Program-made: the position numbers and the translations under genes
The notes under the pieces: model-generated
The model's input: the letters and a program-made list of their open reading frames with translations, nothing else
Told to the model about the DNA's origin: nothing
Database searches by the model: none
Source of the DNA: Amoebophrya sp. A120
Lineage: Eukaryota; Protista; Dinoflagellata
DNA: 64,000 bases
Reading direction: 5' to 3'
NCBI GenBank assembly: GCA_905178155.1
Contig: CAJINV010000001.1
Span: 5,181,994 to 5,245,993, forward strand
Shown here: positions 1 through 12,238 of the stretch, piece after piece
How the letters are laid out: the number at the start of each line of letters is the position of its first letter
How positions within the stretch are numbered: position 1 is the stretch's first letter

Positions 1-437
1 CAATACTCCTTTCTTTCTAGGAAATTTTGAAGTTGTAGATGCTCGCTGAACTAAAAGAACCGGAGCAAAGTAGCTTCGAACAAGTGCAAGCTCAGTCGAG
101 TCATCTTTATTCATAACTAAGATTTGCGCTACGGTTTTCCTTTTCTATTTCTACGTAGTGTGGTCCTTCTACAACTGGAAGTAGATGTCTGTGCAAAGCG
201 AAGCGAGAAAATGAAAATCGCAACGAAGCAACTGCAGGTGTAGAGCTTGGACTTCTTCTTACTAAAGGCGCCTGTTGTCAAGTCTCCAATCCACACGCTT
301 TGGCTGTGATGCGTCATGTCTAGAATCAGTGTGGACAAGGAGGCCGACGACAAAAAAAAGCTCAGTCGAAAAACAAAAAGATAGCTCATAGTAGATCTAG
401 ATGTAGAAGCGGGGACTTTTCATACGATTCCCGTCTC

Positions 438-540
438 GGCGAACATACTTCATTCTACGTGCGGCTACGAAGCGAAAATCAAACCGAGGCGAACATACTT
501 CAGTACTACACGATAGAGGAAGCGAAAATCAAACTGAGGC
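438..540. repeat. Two-copy ~50-bp tandem repeat
   Basis: GGCGAACATACTTCA...GAAGCGAAAATCAAAC(C/T)GA starts at 438 and at 488. Confidence 0.75.
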
Positions 541-1739
541 AAAGAATACGGTATAAAAATAAATAATAGTGATGCTGCATACGAATTTTGATTCCAATAA
601 GTGAAAAGCGAAGTTGAAAAAGTAGATTCCGTTTCTAGAGAAGCAAAAATTGCACGACGGGTGAAACTATCAAAGGAAAACTGTGAAAATTTGGTAGCTT
701 GCAAATCGACTTCTAGCTCTGCCCACAGGCTAATCTTACATAAGAGAAGCTTTGATTGTTATTTTGTTTTTTTCATCTTCTTGTTCTTGGAAGCTAGATA
801 GCGAAAGCGAAACACAAATAAGAACAACGCTACTAGTAGTGCTAGCGTAACATTGACAAAATTACTACATCAAGTCTCTTTCCCGTTCTACAACAGATGC
901 TTCACGACAGAGGAGTTCTCATGCGGAGGCATCTTGTGCTTCACGACAGAGGAGGTCTCATTCGAAGCTGCGCGGTGGATGCAAAACCTGATTTTTTTTT
1001 TGGAGACATGCATAAGCACGAAATAGTGATAATGAAGATATCTTGGTCATGTGGAAAACGAAAATAGGATGCTTCAGCGTTTCACTTTTTTTCTCATGAT
1101 CAACTTCTGTATCTGTGGTGATGGAGTTGGTGTTTGCACCTGTGCCAAAAAAACAGTTCCAAAATTGCATGCCTACTACCTGGAGGAGCACCAAAAACAA
1201 AAATGCCTTTCTTCCTTTCCCCTTTTCTTCTCTGGGGGTCTTTTTTTTCTTCACTTTACTTTTTTCTTCTTCTTTACTTCTCTTTACACTTTCTTTCTTC
1301 TCTCCACTTCTAGCATCGCGTTTTCTGTTTCTTACTATTGCCGAGCGCCTTGACTCCTGTTTCCAGCGGGACTTGAAAGGATATCTTCACCATCGGGGCG
1401 TTCTTCTCCGCGGAAGATGGCATCTCCTCCGTAATGGTCCGCCAAAAAATAATTTTGGAGCGGTCACATTTGGAAGCATCACTGCACTTCCAAAAATATT
1501 TGATGTGACTGTAGTGTGATTTGGTTTTCAGTTTCAATTTCGTTTGCAAAAGATGAAGATCGAGCGAACATTGGAACTGCATCTACCTATCATGCAAGAA
1601 TCCGAAAACAAAAAGCGAAATCGAAATGCAAATAGTAACGGCACTTCTACTAGTACTTGGACACGTGCTCAAATTTGAACTTGGATTTGCAGTGCGAGTG
1701 CTAGTGCTAGTAGACGTTGACGTAGCATGAAGATGAACA

Positions 1740-2177
1740 TCAAAAAATAAATAACAGTAAATACCTGAGTCCCAAACTATGGGCCTGCGGACCACCCTTC
1801 GGGAACTGCCAGTTTCCTTGGAACCGCTTCTCGCTGGGGTTGAAGAAGAGCTTGTCGATGGAGAAGTCGACGCCGTCGCCGATTTTACCGATGTCGTACA
1901 TCGTGTTGTCCGGTTTCACTAATATCCGCAACTTGTGTAATAACTCATGATGCTTATCTAATTCCGGGTCGGTCAAGTGCGAAAACTCGGACGGGACACA
2001 CATGCACCAGCGCATCGCTTTCGGCTGTTTTCCGGAGAGGTATTCCAAAGAGCACTTCTTGGGGTCCTTTTCCAACCGCTGGCGATTGGCATCGCGGTTC
2101 AACTTCTCCTCCGCGGTCTCGTCCGGCAGACCCAGCTGGTTCTCGATCACCGGGGACGGCGGAGCATTGGGATCCTT
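1740..2177 (-). CDS. Hypothetical protein, probable internal exon of an orphan gene
   Basis: GC-rich, stop-free block (KDPNAPPSPVIENQLG...FQGNWQFPKGG). It follows a CAG acceptor near 2178 and ends at a GT donor near 1764. No recognisable domain. Confidence 0.4.
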   Translation of the reverse strand, partial: KDPNAPPSPVIENQLGLPDETAEEKLNRDANRQRLEKDPKKCSLEYLSGKQPKAMRWCMCVPSEFSHLTDPELDKHHELLHKLRILVKPDNTMYDIGKIGDGVDFSIDKLFFNPSEKRFQGNWQFPKGGPQAHSLGLRYLLLFIF

Positions 2178-2363
2178 CTGTGAGATTTTGTTTGTATTTT
2201 ATGTTTGGGATGTTGGTGTTGCAGCTGAGGATGCGCCACTGAAAATCAAAATCGCTGACAGTTTCTGTTAGATGAGTGTGGTGACTTCAGTGGCAATCTT
2301 TTGTTCCTGGTTTGGTATTAAAAGTCTGTGCCTGCAGCAACAAAAACGCAAGAACTTCATTTG

Positions 2364-2712
2364 TACGCGCACGCACCTGTTCGCAGACGCGGACAGGCGT
2401 ATGTGCGCGCACACATCCGTGCGCGCGGGTGCGTGCATGCGTACGTAGGTGCGCGCGCGTGTGCATGTGCGTACGCGCGCACCCACGCACGCGTGTGTGC
2501 GTACGCGTGCGCGGACGTACGCGCGCGTGCACGTACGCATGCGTGCACGTATGCGTGCGCGCACACATGCGCGCGTGCACGTATGCGCGCGTGCACGTAT
2601 GCGTGCGTGCACGTACGCGCGCGCGCCCATATGCGTGTACGCGCACGCGCGCACGCCCGTGTGCACGCACACGTACCCGCACGTACGCGGGTGTGCGCGC
2701 ACACACGCGGGC
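2364..2712. repeat. Alternating purine-pyrimidine (GC/AC/GT/AT) tract, ~350 bp, potential Z-DNA
   Basis: Near-continuous RY alternation (e.g. GCGTGCACGTATGCGTGCGCGCACACATGC). It produces spurious stop-free ORFs on both strands. Confidence 0.9.
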
Positions 2713-2920
2713 AGTTGCACTTGTTGATGTTATTCGCGCAGCGAATGCGCGCATAAAAACCGAGAGACACAAACTCAAATACAAAACCAGGAGCACAAGA
2801 CACCCACTCGACAAAAGCATCGCACTTCATCTGACAGATTTTTTCGCAAAGTTGCAAATAACTTCTCTTACACGACTTGTCGACTCTACCTTCTCGCTCT
2901 CTCAGGTTGAACTGAGTCTG

Positions 2921-3127
2921 ATTCTCAACTAGATTTCACACTTTGCTTTTTCATTTGAGTCTTTGTCTTTAACTTTATGATTTAGTTTTAGATTTAGTAA
3001 TCGAAATAGTATTTGTAATTGTATTCTCAACTAAATTTTACACTTTGCTTTTTCATTTGAGTCTTTGTCTTTAACTTTATGATTTAGTTTTAGATTTAGT
3101 AATCGAAATAGTATTTGTAATTGTATT
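2921..3127. repeat. 102-bp tandem duplication (2 copies)
   Basis: The unit ATTCTCAACTA...GTATTTGTAATTGT starts at 2921 and again at 3023, nearly identical. Confidence 0.95.
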
Positions 3128-3141
3128 GCTATTTAGATTTA

Positions 3142-4122
3142 CTATACCTTCTTCAACGCAGCTACCGCAGCTGCAGCTTTTGCCTCGGGCGGGGGGGAGG
3201 CAGCTTTTCCTTTTCCCGAAGCGGCCGCGGCTTTCGCGTTCGCGGGCTGGGCTTTGTCTTTCTTCGCTTTTCCGGCTGCGGGCGCTTTTCCGCTCTTCGC
3301 GGCTGCGGCGGCTTTTCCTTTCCAGTTCAAGGAGACGTCCACACTTTCGTCGATCTCGAAGCAGTCCACCTTTCCAGCGGGGTCGGCAGTGGTGGGGACG
3401 AGGGGGAGCAGCAGCGTCCCGTCCGTCACGCACTCCGTCAGCCGCTCGATGTGGTCGCTCGGGCAGGCGTCCTTCAACTTGTGGATGAACAAAGACTCCT
3501 TCTGGCTTCCGATCACGTACATGTGCCGCTCCAGGAGCGTGGCTTTCGGGATGTTCTTGTCGAACGGAACCACATGGCACTGGACGGACGAGCCCAGGTT
3601 CCCCGCACAGAACTTGTACTTGGTCTTGATCAGCTGGGCCACGTTGGTGAGCAGGAAGTCTTCGTCGGCCTTCTGCTGTTGGGTGCGCTTGAACTCCTTG
3701 GACAAAACCCAGTTCCCCTGGTAGTTCAAACCCCAGTACTGGGGGTTCGCTTTCTTTTCCAGATCACTGGCTTCTTTCAAGTCCGACTCTTCGGACAAAC
3801 CTGTCTCTTTCTTGCTGGAATAGAAGTCCTTCACCTTTTTCATCGCCTTGAAGAGGGACACGACGTTGGACTTGATGTTCCGCTCCTTGATGGGCAAGAT
3901 CAACTGCATCTCCTCGCTGGTCCTGCACTTCTTGGCCTCGTTGCTGCGGTCCGGAATTTTGGCCGGGGCCAGGTTGGTCTTGATCAACATGGTCAAAGTG
4001 TCCTCCTCGACGGTCCTATGAATCTTCACAAAAGCATCACGACTATACTCTGCTACAGTAGCACTAGCAGTGCCAGTAGCTGAGCCGCGATCTTGTGCAG
4101 CATGAGAATAGCAATCTGTCAC
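3142..4122 (-). CDS. Hypothetical protein with Lys/Ala/Pro-rich (histone H1-like) C-terminal tail; probably the last exon of a longer gene
   Basis: 326-aa ORF with GC3-rich codons, ending KGKAAAAAKSGKAPAAGKAKKDKAQPANAKAAAASGKGK...LKKV*. Confidence 0.65.
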   Translation of the reverse strand: MTDCYSHAAQDRGSATGTASATVAEYSRDAFVKIHRTVEEDTLTMLIKTNLAPAKIPDRSNEAKKCRTSEEMQLILPIKERNIKSNVVSLFKAMKKVKDFYSSKKETGLSEESDLKEASDLEKKANPQYWGLNYQGNWVLSKEFKRTQQQKADEDFLLTNVAQLIKTKYKFCAGNLGSSVQCHVVPFDKNIPKATLLERHMYVIGSQKESLFIHKLKDACPSDHIERLTECVTDGTLLLPLVPTTADPAGKVDCFEIDESVDVSLNWKGKAAAAAKSGKAPAAGKAKKDKAQPANAKAAAASGKGKAASPPPEAKAAAAVAALKKV

Positions 4123-4276
4123 GCAGTTTCAGGGCAAGATACACAAACTACTTGCAATGCAATTTGTAATGCGGAAATCCGCTCACTATGAGAAAGGACG
4201 TGATGCTTTTGCAAAGGATACTCAGACCACGGGACGACGTCGGCCTGGCAGCCGGCCGCGAACTGCAGGATGACTC

Positions 4277-6051
4277 TCACGGCGTAGTGCATGTCAAGCT
4301 GGACACTTCCACTCTCGATGATGGTGTCGGTGTACGGGTTGATCGAGGACAGGGCGTTCTGTTTTGATTTTTAAAATTTAAATTAAAGTTTGCAACTTTA
4401 CTTTGAAGCTTAAGCTCAAAGCTTGCGCTTGTTTTTGTATGCAAAAGTGAATGTGATCTACATGTAGGTGTAGCTACAAGAGAAAGAGAAACCTGAAGCC
4501 TGTCATGAGCATGCGCATGCACTTGCACATTAAAACTCTCATAATGATGCTCGAACGGAAGTGGAAAAAAAATCAGTACGTTGCTGTAAGCGAAGAATTT
4601 TAAGTGTCCATCGTTGTGCTTCGGGCGGGGGACCATCTGGCTGACGCTCAACCCAAAATGGGTGTATTCTTGGACCACGCCTCTATTAAACATGGTCACG
4701 GCATGCTTCCCATAACTCTTCAGCTGCCCGCGCCATTTGGGGCCCGCAAGTCGTTCGATCCACACATCGAACTCGTCCGGGGTTCTGCCCGCGCGGGCCT
4801 GCGTGTCGCGGTACTGGTTGTACTTGGGCCAGGACTGTATTTGTTTTAGATTTTCATTTTGTAGTTTGTGTAAAAGTAAAACTTCAATTTGTGATGCAAA
4901 ACGGTCACAATGCAAAAAGAAACACTACATCTATCATCTAAGATGTAAGATGAAGATGAGGATCATCTGGCTGAAAATTAAATCTAACAACAACAACTGC
5001 GAACCTTTCCGGCGAGCACGGTGGTTTCGATCCACCCGTTGCACATCCCTTCGGGGGTGTTATTCTTGAGCATGACGTACTTGGTCAAAAGCTCGGGATG
5101 GCGGTCCACGTCTGGACTTAGTAGCACCAGATCCACATTAAAGGGCTCCGGATCGCATCCCTCCAGCAGGAACGCTAAGCAGGTATGCCCGCCGTGCACG
5201 AACGCGAACTGGAAGTCGAAGCGACCAGTTCCCGTATAGTCGACTGCCACGAGTCCTGGAAGTTTATAATTTTTATTTTGCAATTGAGATTGAAACTGAA
5301 AGTGAAAATAAAAATGTAAATGGAAGAAATTTTTATTTTTTGCATATGACAATGACTACGACACGCAGTAGTTCGAACGTGCGCGTGGGCGTGCTTTTTG
5401 TATATGACACGCAGCTCATCGAACGTGCATTTTTTTGCTATGCAGTACCTCGAACGTGCTCTGTGTACGACTAACGATGTGGACGCGCATGAAATCAGAA
5501 AGCTGTAAAATGCTTGCACGAGGAGACTTTTTCTGACTTGTAACATTGTGCACGAAGACGCTTTGCCCTCCTCGCAAGGAGAAATGCGCGACAACATGCG
5601 ACATTTTCTGTGTAGTTATGCACAAAGTTTCTCACTACATATGAATGCGTGATGAACCCGAAACAAGCAAAACACTATGGAACTGCGCACGGTCTAATGG
5701 ATTATACATGAAGACTATAGGCATGAAAAACACAAAAATAATAGTACTCATCTTAGACCCGTCCAGGCCGTCGGCGCGGCCGCGCTCGCGCACGGCGTGG
5801 CGCAAAGACGCTAAGTTGTCCCCCACGATGGGACGGCTGCACTCGTGGCGGCCACTGTTGGTCACGTGGTGCTGTTTCAACTTCACCACGGTGCGGCTCA
5901 TGTTGTTCGGGTCGTAACCGTTTTTGCAGAAGCGGAGCAGAATATGATCTGCCTCTGGCACGCCTGCCTCGCCACAGTCTACGAGACTGCAAAACGTCCC
6001 CACTTCATCGTCCGAAGGACGATTAGTGTGACGTAACGTCGAAAGACTCAT
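4277..6051 (-). CDS. Multi-exon hypothetical gene (GC-rich exons ~4590-4835, ~5000-5260, ~5755-6050); may splice into the 3142-4122 ORF
   Basis: Three GC-rich coding-like blocks separated by AT-rich intron-like gaps. No recognisable domain. Confidence 0.35.
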
Positions 6052-7873
6052 CTTTTTTCAATATATTTTTCAAATATTCTCTCACAATTCCTATTGGTTT
6101 TGAGGTGAAAACGCGGTCAAAATGATGAAGATGCAACACATTATCAGAAGACTTTGAGCCGTCAGATGATGATGTTGAAAATGGTCATTTTCAATTTAAT
6201 TGGATTTCTACTGCTTTTTTCCACTAGAATAGGAGATCTGGTCAAATATGGTAGAAGACGTCCTTTGCTGTCATAGTGCTCCACGGCAGTAGAATTTCAA
6301 TTAAATTAAAAATGGCCATTTTGGCCATCACCGCTGACGACCATTTCATCACCTTGAATCTGACAAGAGATAGCTCTGTATCTGGCATTTTGGTGCTGAG
6401 AGCCACGTGATCATCGACCCCAACGAAGACAATTATTTTTCTTCCGACTGCTTCTGACGAGTAAAAATCGACGAACACAACAAGACGCATTACTCGGCTT
6501 CGCGCTGGTTTTACAGTGGAGCGCAGGCACTACTCATTTGATTTTCTACTTTCCTTACCTCATTCCGGATTAGAAACGCCAATCTTCTAACAATCGGAAT
6601 GCACAGCGTCTTTTGATTTATGTTTCAATTTGTTATGCGCAAAATCTATTGCACAGGAATACATGTATTAACAATGCAAGAAAAAGCGGCTGCTTTTCTG
6701 TTGTCCATGCAAGAGCTTTGCTCTTCAGCGTCACGCTTCACAGCGTCTTCATTAGCTGCGTGTAGTTTTTCAAATTGTCTGCTAAGTGGTGGGCTGTGCA
6801 CTAATTTCGGTGTCGGTTTTGCTTAATCCACTGCGCGTGGACTTCGATAATTCTGTCGCCATGCTCTTGAATATGATCGCACTTCGGTCGAAAGCGCTGA
6901 GATTCAAGATGCAAATCTGCATGATCTGCATGATCACATGGCTGTTTATGATATGAAAAGAGGTGCGCGCACATGTGAAAGGAACACTTTCACCACGCAA
7001 AAATATGCGTAATTCTAGTTACTAACTTCCTCGATCATGTAGTTGATACAGATAATAAACGAAACGAAACAGAGCAAGATCAATGATCAGAGTCGGTTTT
7101 TTTCTTCGTCTTCCAGTAACAAAAAGTCAAAACACAAAAGTGAAATAAGCCATGAGCACGAAGATAAAATCATAAACCTATTATCACGCTTTTTATTTTT
7201 CTTCATGATCATGACGTAGGCGCTCCTGCTGGCGCACTCATATTTATTTTTTTTACATTTTCAATTTCTATTGCGAATTGGAGTTACAATTAGATTTAGA
7301 GTTACCATTTCCATTACGATTACAAATACAAAGTCAAAAAGAAAGAGTAAGAGAGATAGATATAGAAGTAGAACTGGAAGCGCAACTGTTATTCTTTTTC
7401 ATTTTCTTATTCTTTTTCTTATTGATATTTATAAACCAGAACCAAAGACCAAAACGAATAGCTGGAGCAATACCAATAGACATAGCGGCTGAGTTTTACA
7501 TTTACTTTCATGCTAATCTGCATCGTGCACTTACTCTGATTCTGATACGATTATGAAACACAAATAGCGCAGAGCATCGCGGCAAAGAAGTGCGCCTCTT
7601 TCTGTAGTGGAAGTGGCGCCCTTGCCTGTAGCTGTGCCTGCACCTGTATTCAGTTACCATTACAATTACAAATACAATTTCAATTTCTATAACTAAAGCT
7701 AAAAGGTAAAGCCAAAGGAACAGGAAGTGGAAAACTATAACTAAAACAAAAACAAAAACTATTACTATTCTTATTATATTCATACTCACTTTCAATGCTA
7801 GTAGTTGTAGTGCTACTTTATCTGTGTCTTTAAGTCCTGATCTTTAGCTTTATGCGCTACATCCCCCGCACCA

Positions 7874-9226
7874 TTAGTCCGAGTCATCACTTGAAGATCC
7901 GAAGTTGGAAGAATCATCGGTCTCTTCGTATGTGCTTTCCATGTCGCTGTCTAGCTCGATGTCCTCGCCCTTCTGTTTCTTCTCCAGAACTTTGTTCTCC
8001 TTCTGGTATTGCGCCAGCGAGGCGCTCGCAGCTACTTCCTGTTCCGGTGTGGCACGCTCCACCTCACAGTTCTTCCCGTTTTCAAACTCTACCATCTTCC
8101 TGACGAATTCTTGCCGCGTTTTGGCGACGAAGTACTTCTTTCGGGCGGCACACGGTTTTTTGTTTTTCTGTTGCTGATCTTCCCCTTCATCTCCATTTTG
8201 CTGTTGTGCGCCTGCATTTCCGGAACCAGAAGGCTGCTGCTCGTCGCCCGGCTGCGCGGCATTGCGCGTGTCCGCACCCGCGCGTTGCTTGCCCACACGC
8301 TCGCGCGCGCCCGTATCTGCGTGCGCGCCCGTGTCTGCGCGCGCGGCCGCACCTGCGTGCGCGCCCGTACCTGCGTGTGCGCCCGTACCTGCGTGTGCGC
8401 CCGTACCTGCGTGTGCGCCCGTACCTGCGTGTGCGCCCGCAGGCGCGCTCGCCTGCGCCTGCCCGCCCGCGCCTGTACCCGCGGGTGCACGCCCGCGCCC
8501 GTCACCCGCGTGTGCATGTGTGTGCACGCGCACGTGCCCGCCTGCGCCTGCATGCGCACGCGCGCCTGCATGCGCGCCCGAGCCTGATGGTTGTGGTGGT
8601 TGGATCCCGACTGCGGCAGGTACTGCTCCTGCTGGTTGTGCGCCGTTAGGCCGGACCTCGTTTCTGCGGTCGAAGGGAACTGCTTTTTCAAGATTCCCCC
8701 GCCACTGTTTTTGTTCTATCTGCCAGATGCCGTAAACCCGGTCGCCGAGCCCATTGGCCGCGACTTCAGGCATCCTAATAGATTGCGGCACCTTCCCCCA
8801 CTTCTCGTCGCGGGATCGCCGGGTCGGTGAGTCGATGCGCGCGTTCCGCAGCAGCCGCTTCTCCTTCCTCAACTCCCTGTTCTCCTCTTCCGCGTTCTTC
8901 GACAAACAGATGTCGGTCCACGGCATGACAGTGTACTTGCCGACGATGCGATCATGATCCGGGAAGGTTTTGGCCGGCTTATAGCCAAGCCGCAGATTTT
9001 CAGTGTCGGGGACGCCGAGATCGTTCACCCGGTGCTGATAGTAGAACTCGGATTCATATTCGGTTGACGGTGCCATGTGCCAGAGCCTCTGCCTCTTCGA
9101 CGTGTCCATGTGGTAGAACTTCAGGTGCGTGGAACCGTTCTGGACGACGGGTCGAAGCTGCGGTTCTTTTTTTTCCCCCGCCTTCTTCGCATACTTTGCC
9201 GGCTGGTCCTCGTAGCGCGCGGACAT
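7874..9226 (-). CDS. Hypothetical protein (450 aa) with an internal Ala/Gly/His repeat region
   Basis: Uninterrupted ATG-to-stop ORF containing about four copies of an 18-bp repeat (GAHAGT) at ~8361-8438, and an acidic C-terminus. Confidence 0.7.
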   Translation of the reverse strand: MSARYEDQPAKYAKKAGEKKEPQLRPVVQNGSTHLKFYHMDTSKRQRLWHMAPSTEYESEFYYQHRVNDLGVPDTENLRLGYKPAKTFPDHDRIVGKYTVMPWTDICLSKNAEEENRELRKEKRLLRNARIDSPTRRSRDEKWGKVPQSIRMPEVAANGLGDRVYGIWQIEQKQWRGNLEKAVPFDRRNEVRPNGAQPAGAVPAAVGIQPPQPSGSGAHAGARAHAGAGGHVRVHTHAHAGDGRGRAPAGTGAGGQAQASAPAGAHAGTGAHAGTGAHAGTGAHAGTGAHAGAAARADTGAHADTGARERVGKQRAGADTRNAAQPGDEQQPSGSGNAGAQQQNGDEGEDQQQKNKKPCAARKKYFVAKTRQEFVRKMVEFENGKNCEVERATPEQEVAASASLAQYQKENKVLEKKQKGEDIELDSDMESTYEETDDSSNFGSSSDDSD

Positions 9227-9546
9227 TGCATCGGAAAACCAGCAGCACTATGCACGGAAAACCAAAAGTACGTCGTGGAGATAATAAAGGGCCGTCTGTG
9301 CTGCGTGGCTATTGATCTTGTATGACAAGAACCTGCCGTGCTTTCTAGTCCATAATTGTTGTTGTTTGAGTTGAAAAGCGCAGCCTAGTTGTACTAGTGC
9401 TAGTCCTATTGTTCCGCGCATGACAGATGCAAACTACCACCATTACTAGCATTACAGATCTACATTGTCGCGACCCGCTTCACAGACTGCCTTTATTGTG
9501 CCGAGCAGCTTGGCTCTGGATGCCCATGCTGCATCACAAATTCACT

Positions 9547-9779
9547 GAGATTAGTCTTTCTCATGCAGAATGAGAGCCAGCACTGTGATGCCCATGTACA
9601 TGATGATGCTGATGCTCGTGCTGAAGCCAATCTCATGCAGAATGAGACTAGTCATTCTCATGCAGATTAGTTCACGTTGAAGCTCTTCTCATGTTGAAGT
9701 CACAAATTGAGATTAGTCCTTCTCATGCAGAATGAGAGCCAGCATGGTGATGCTCATGTACATGTTAATGCTGATGCTC
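9547..9779. repeat. Degenerate direct repeats built on the hairpin motif TCTCATGCAGAATGAGA
   Basis: A ~70-bp unit occurs at ~9547 and ~9708. The core motif (TCTCAT/ATGAGA stem) also occurs at ~9632 and partially at ~9656. Confidence 0.8.
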
Positions 9780-9789
9780 AAATGCAAAA

Positions 9790-11150
9790 CTAGTAGCAGG
9801 TGCAGGCTTGTGATCCGGCCCTGCATGACAGAGAAGATTTGCATGACAAATCCAGCACCTGCACTTCCACTCCACGACGTATTTTGGTTTTTTCCGAAAC
9901 GGATACCGTGACACCAAAATCGACCGACATCCGGAGCTGATGCCCCGGCGGCGCATTCCCGTCCGTGTCTTCCACCACCTCGGCCAGAAGAGCGCCCTGC
10001 TTGGTTTTCTTCAGCACGAAGTAGTACTGCATCTTCTTCACGGGCGTTCCATCGCGGTTCCACAAAGGCATTCCCAGAATGTCACTAACCCGAAAGTCGA
10101 AGACCTTCATGTTCAGGGCCTGACCACCGTAGTTTGTGCGCGCGGCCCCACCCCTCGCCTTATCACCCCCGACGAGAGGCGCCGCCTCGGGACAGTCAGG
10201 CCGGGCAAGTACATCAAACAGCTCCGCAACCACACGATGCGGATTCTCTTCCGGCCGGACCTCGTTTCGCAGCAAGAAGTCGCTTCGGTCCGAAGTCAGC
10301 GGGTCGCCGTAGATCCCCTTCTCCTCCAGCAGCTTCCGAATTCTCATATTTGCACTGATCGACAGGCAGTGGTCGTTGATGAAGAGGAACTGCTCGAAGT
10401 CCAAATCTTTTCCCGCCCCCCGTCTGCAGAAGGTGCGGGCGGATCCCAGCAAAATGCCGATGAGACCGCCGGCCTCCCGCTTTACCCAGGAAGTAGTGCT
10501 GTTCAAACTTTCGGCGATCTGACTGCTAGCGAGGAAGCCCCTGACGACGGGACACAGATTTCTGCAGAGCTGTTTGCTCCACCCGACATCGACACGACCT
10601 TGCTCGAGAGCTTCGAGAACATGCTTCAACTCCAACCGGAACAACTTCCAAACCTCCAGTGCCTCGAGTGGCATCTGCGACCGCTTCGCCTCGGTGGCGC
10701 ACGCCGCCAGCAAGTCTCGAATAGTTGCCGCACGCTCCGCTTTGTCCTTCGAGAAGAGAAACGCCAATCGGTAAGTTGAGCTGGGCGCGCCTGGATGGTC
10801 GCCGAAATCCGGATTTCTCTGGATTTCTTTTGAAGACCTAAACCAAGCCAAGTAGCTGACCAAGCGCAGCGCCGGGTGGCGCGCGCGTGGCCGGCCGTCT
10901 GATCGCGGGTGCGCTGCTACGAACAAGCAGTGCGCACCGCGATAGCGTGGCGTCGCGGTGTATCTGTGAAGCACCCAAGCTCCTTGTTTATTGCAAACAA
11001 GCCAAAGAAAGTGCAAAGATCAGAGCGAGGTCATGCAGTCCAACATGCACAAGATCACGTTCTTTCCGCCTCGAAGTAGTTACATCATGCATTTTGAGGC
11101 ATTGAGTTGGTTGTGACATCGATACAGTGCGTGGCATGTGCAGCGCATGC
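9790..11150 (-). CDS. Protein resembling the C-terminal half of a hAT-type DDE transposase
   Basis: Long GC-rich ORF. LCPVVRGFLASSQIAESLNSTTSWVKR (~10480-10560) fits the hAT C-terminal L..PaSSa.sERxFS pattern with the catalytic E. No D/D/CxxH motifs seen upstream. Confidence 0.45.
10961..11124. mobile_element. Degenerate introner (TATC...GATA), 164 bp
   Basis: Imperfect TIRs; 5-bp flanks CGGTG/CAGTG. Removing element + 5 nt gives HMPRT-ATPRYRG in frame. Confidence 0.55.
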
Positions 11151-12238
11151 ACAATCAGTGTTCGATACAAATTAGACGCATCGAATAAAATAAATTGTAG
11201 CACTTCGCAAGAGTTTTGTTTCCAAATAAGATCTTTTTTTTCCAATCCGCGTCCGCCAAACCGCGTCGTCCGGATCTACAGCAGCTCTTCCGCTCCACGC
11301 GCTGCTATCTCGGAGCAGCTTCTCTCCGCTCCTCCTACTCAAAACTGCACTCCTGCAGTTCCACCTTCTCCATTCCGCATCTACAGCTGAGCCGCAGTGT
11401 GCGGTCTCGACATGTAGCGCGTGAACGTGCTACATCGTGTTCGCAGCGAAGGCATCATTATTGTTTTGTTTTTGCATACAAATAGCACGCGCTCTGACAG
11501 TAGAAAGTTTTTTCGCATGATTATAACACAGACGGTGCGCAAATGATGCGTTTGCGAACTTTTCAACACTCCAACACTATAACCGCTGTCTTCTTTCTTT
11601 CAAACGGGAACACTCCTTCAATTTGAGGCCCTGTTTCATTATGACGCTGTTAGTTTATTCATGTTTTTACCCATAAAAATGTGAATCAACATTGGTTCAC
11701 TTTCGCAAACTGTCCTCTACTTTCGATGTTGTCGCTGCAAATGGTGCATTTGCGTGCACTCTATGTTCTTCTTCGCTCTTACTGATTGTTCTGTGCATTT
11801 TCTCCAAATTTTGCATTTGATCGAACCAATGATGAATACAGTTGTAACTACAGAGAAACCTATTCTCCCGATCTATATTCCCGTATATGGTTGTCAACTT
11901 TACTTTGTAGTGCAATCGTACAGTCTGATCAGGACAAAAGTTTGACAACAAATAAAACGCGATACTGTGGTACTCCTCCTTGCACACAATCACTTCATGA
12001 ACTTGATATTTTTTCACTATAGATAAAACAAAAACGCAAGGAGGACACGCACAGCACGCCAAATGCTATATGGTCGCGGCGGAGTGACAGTGCGAAAAAT
12101 TTACGATTTAATCTCTGTATCTTCGGCAGCGATTGTTGTTTTTTCGAGTGCAATAATTGAAGCTATACCGATCTTCTCGAGTATACGCTATAACTATTTC
12201 GAACGAAGATACACGATTTTTACTCTTCGATAAGCAAC

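Noticed and set aside
2268-2932. Overlapping 90-206-aa ORFs on both strands
   Set aside because: Artefact of the RY-alternating tract, which cannot form stop codons.
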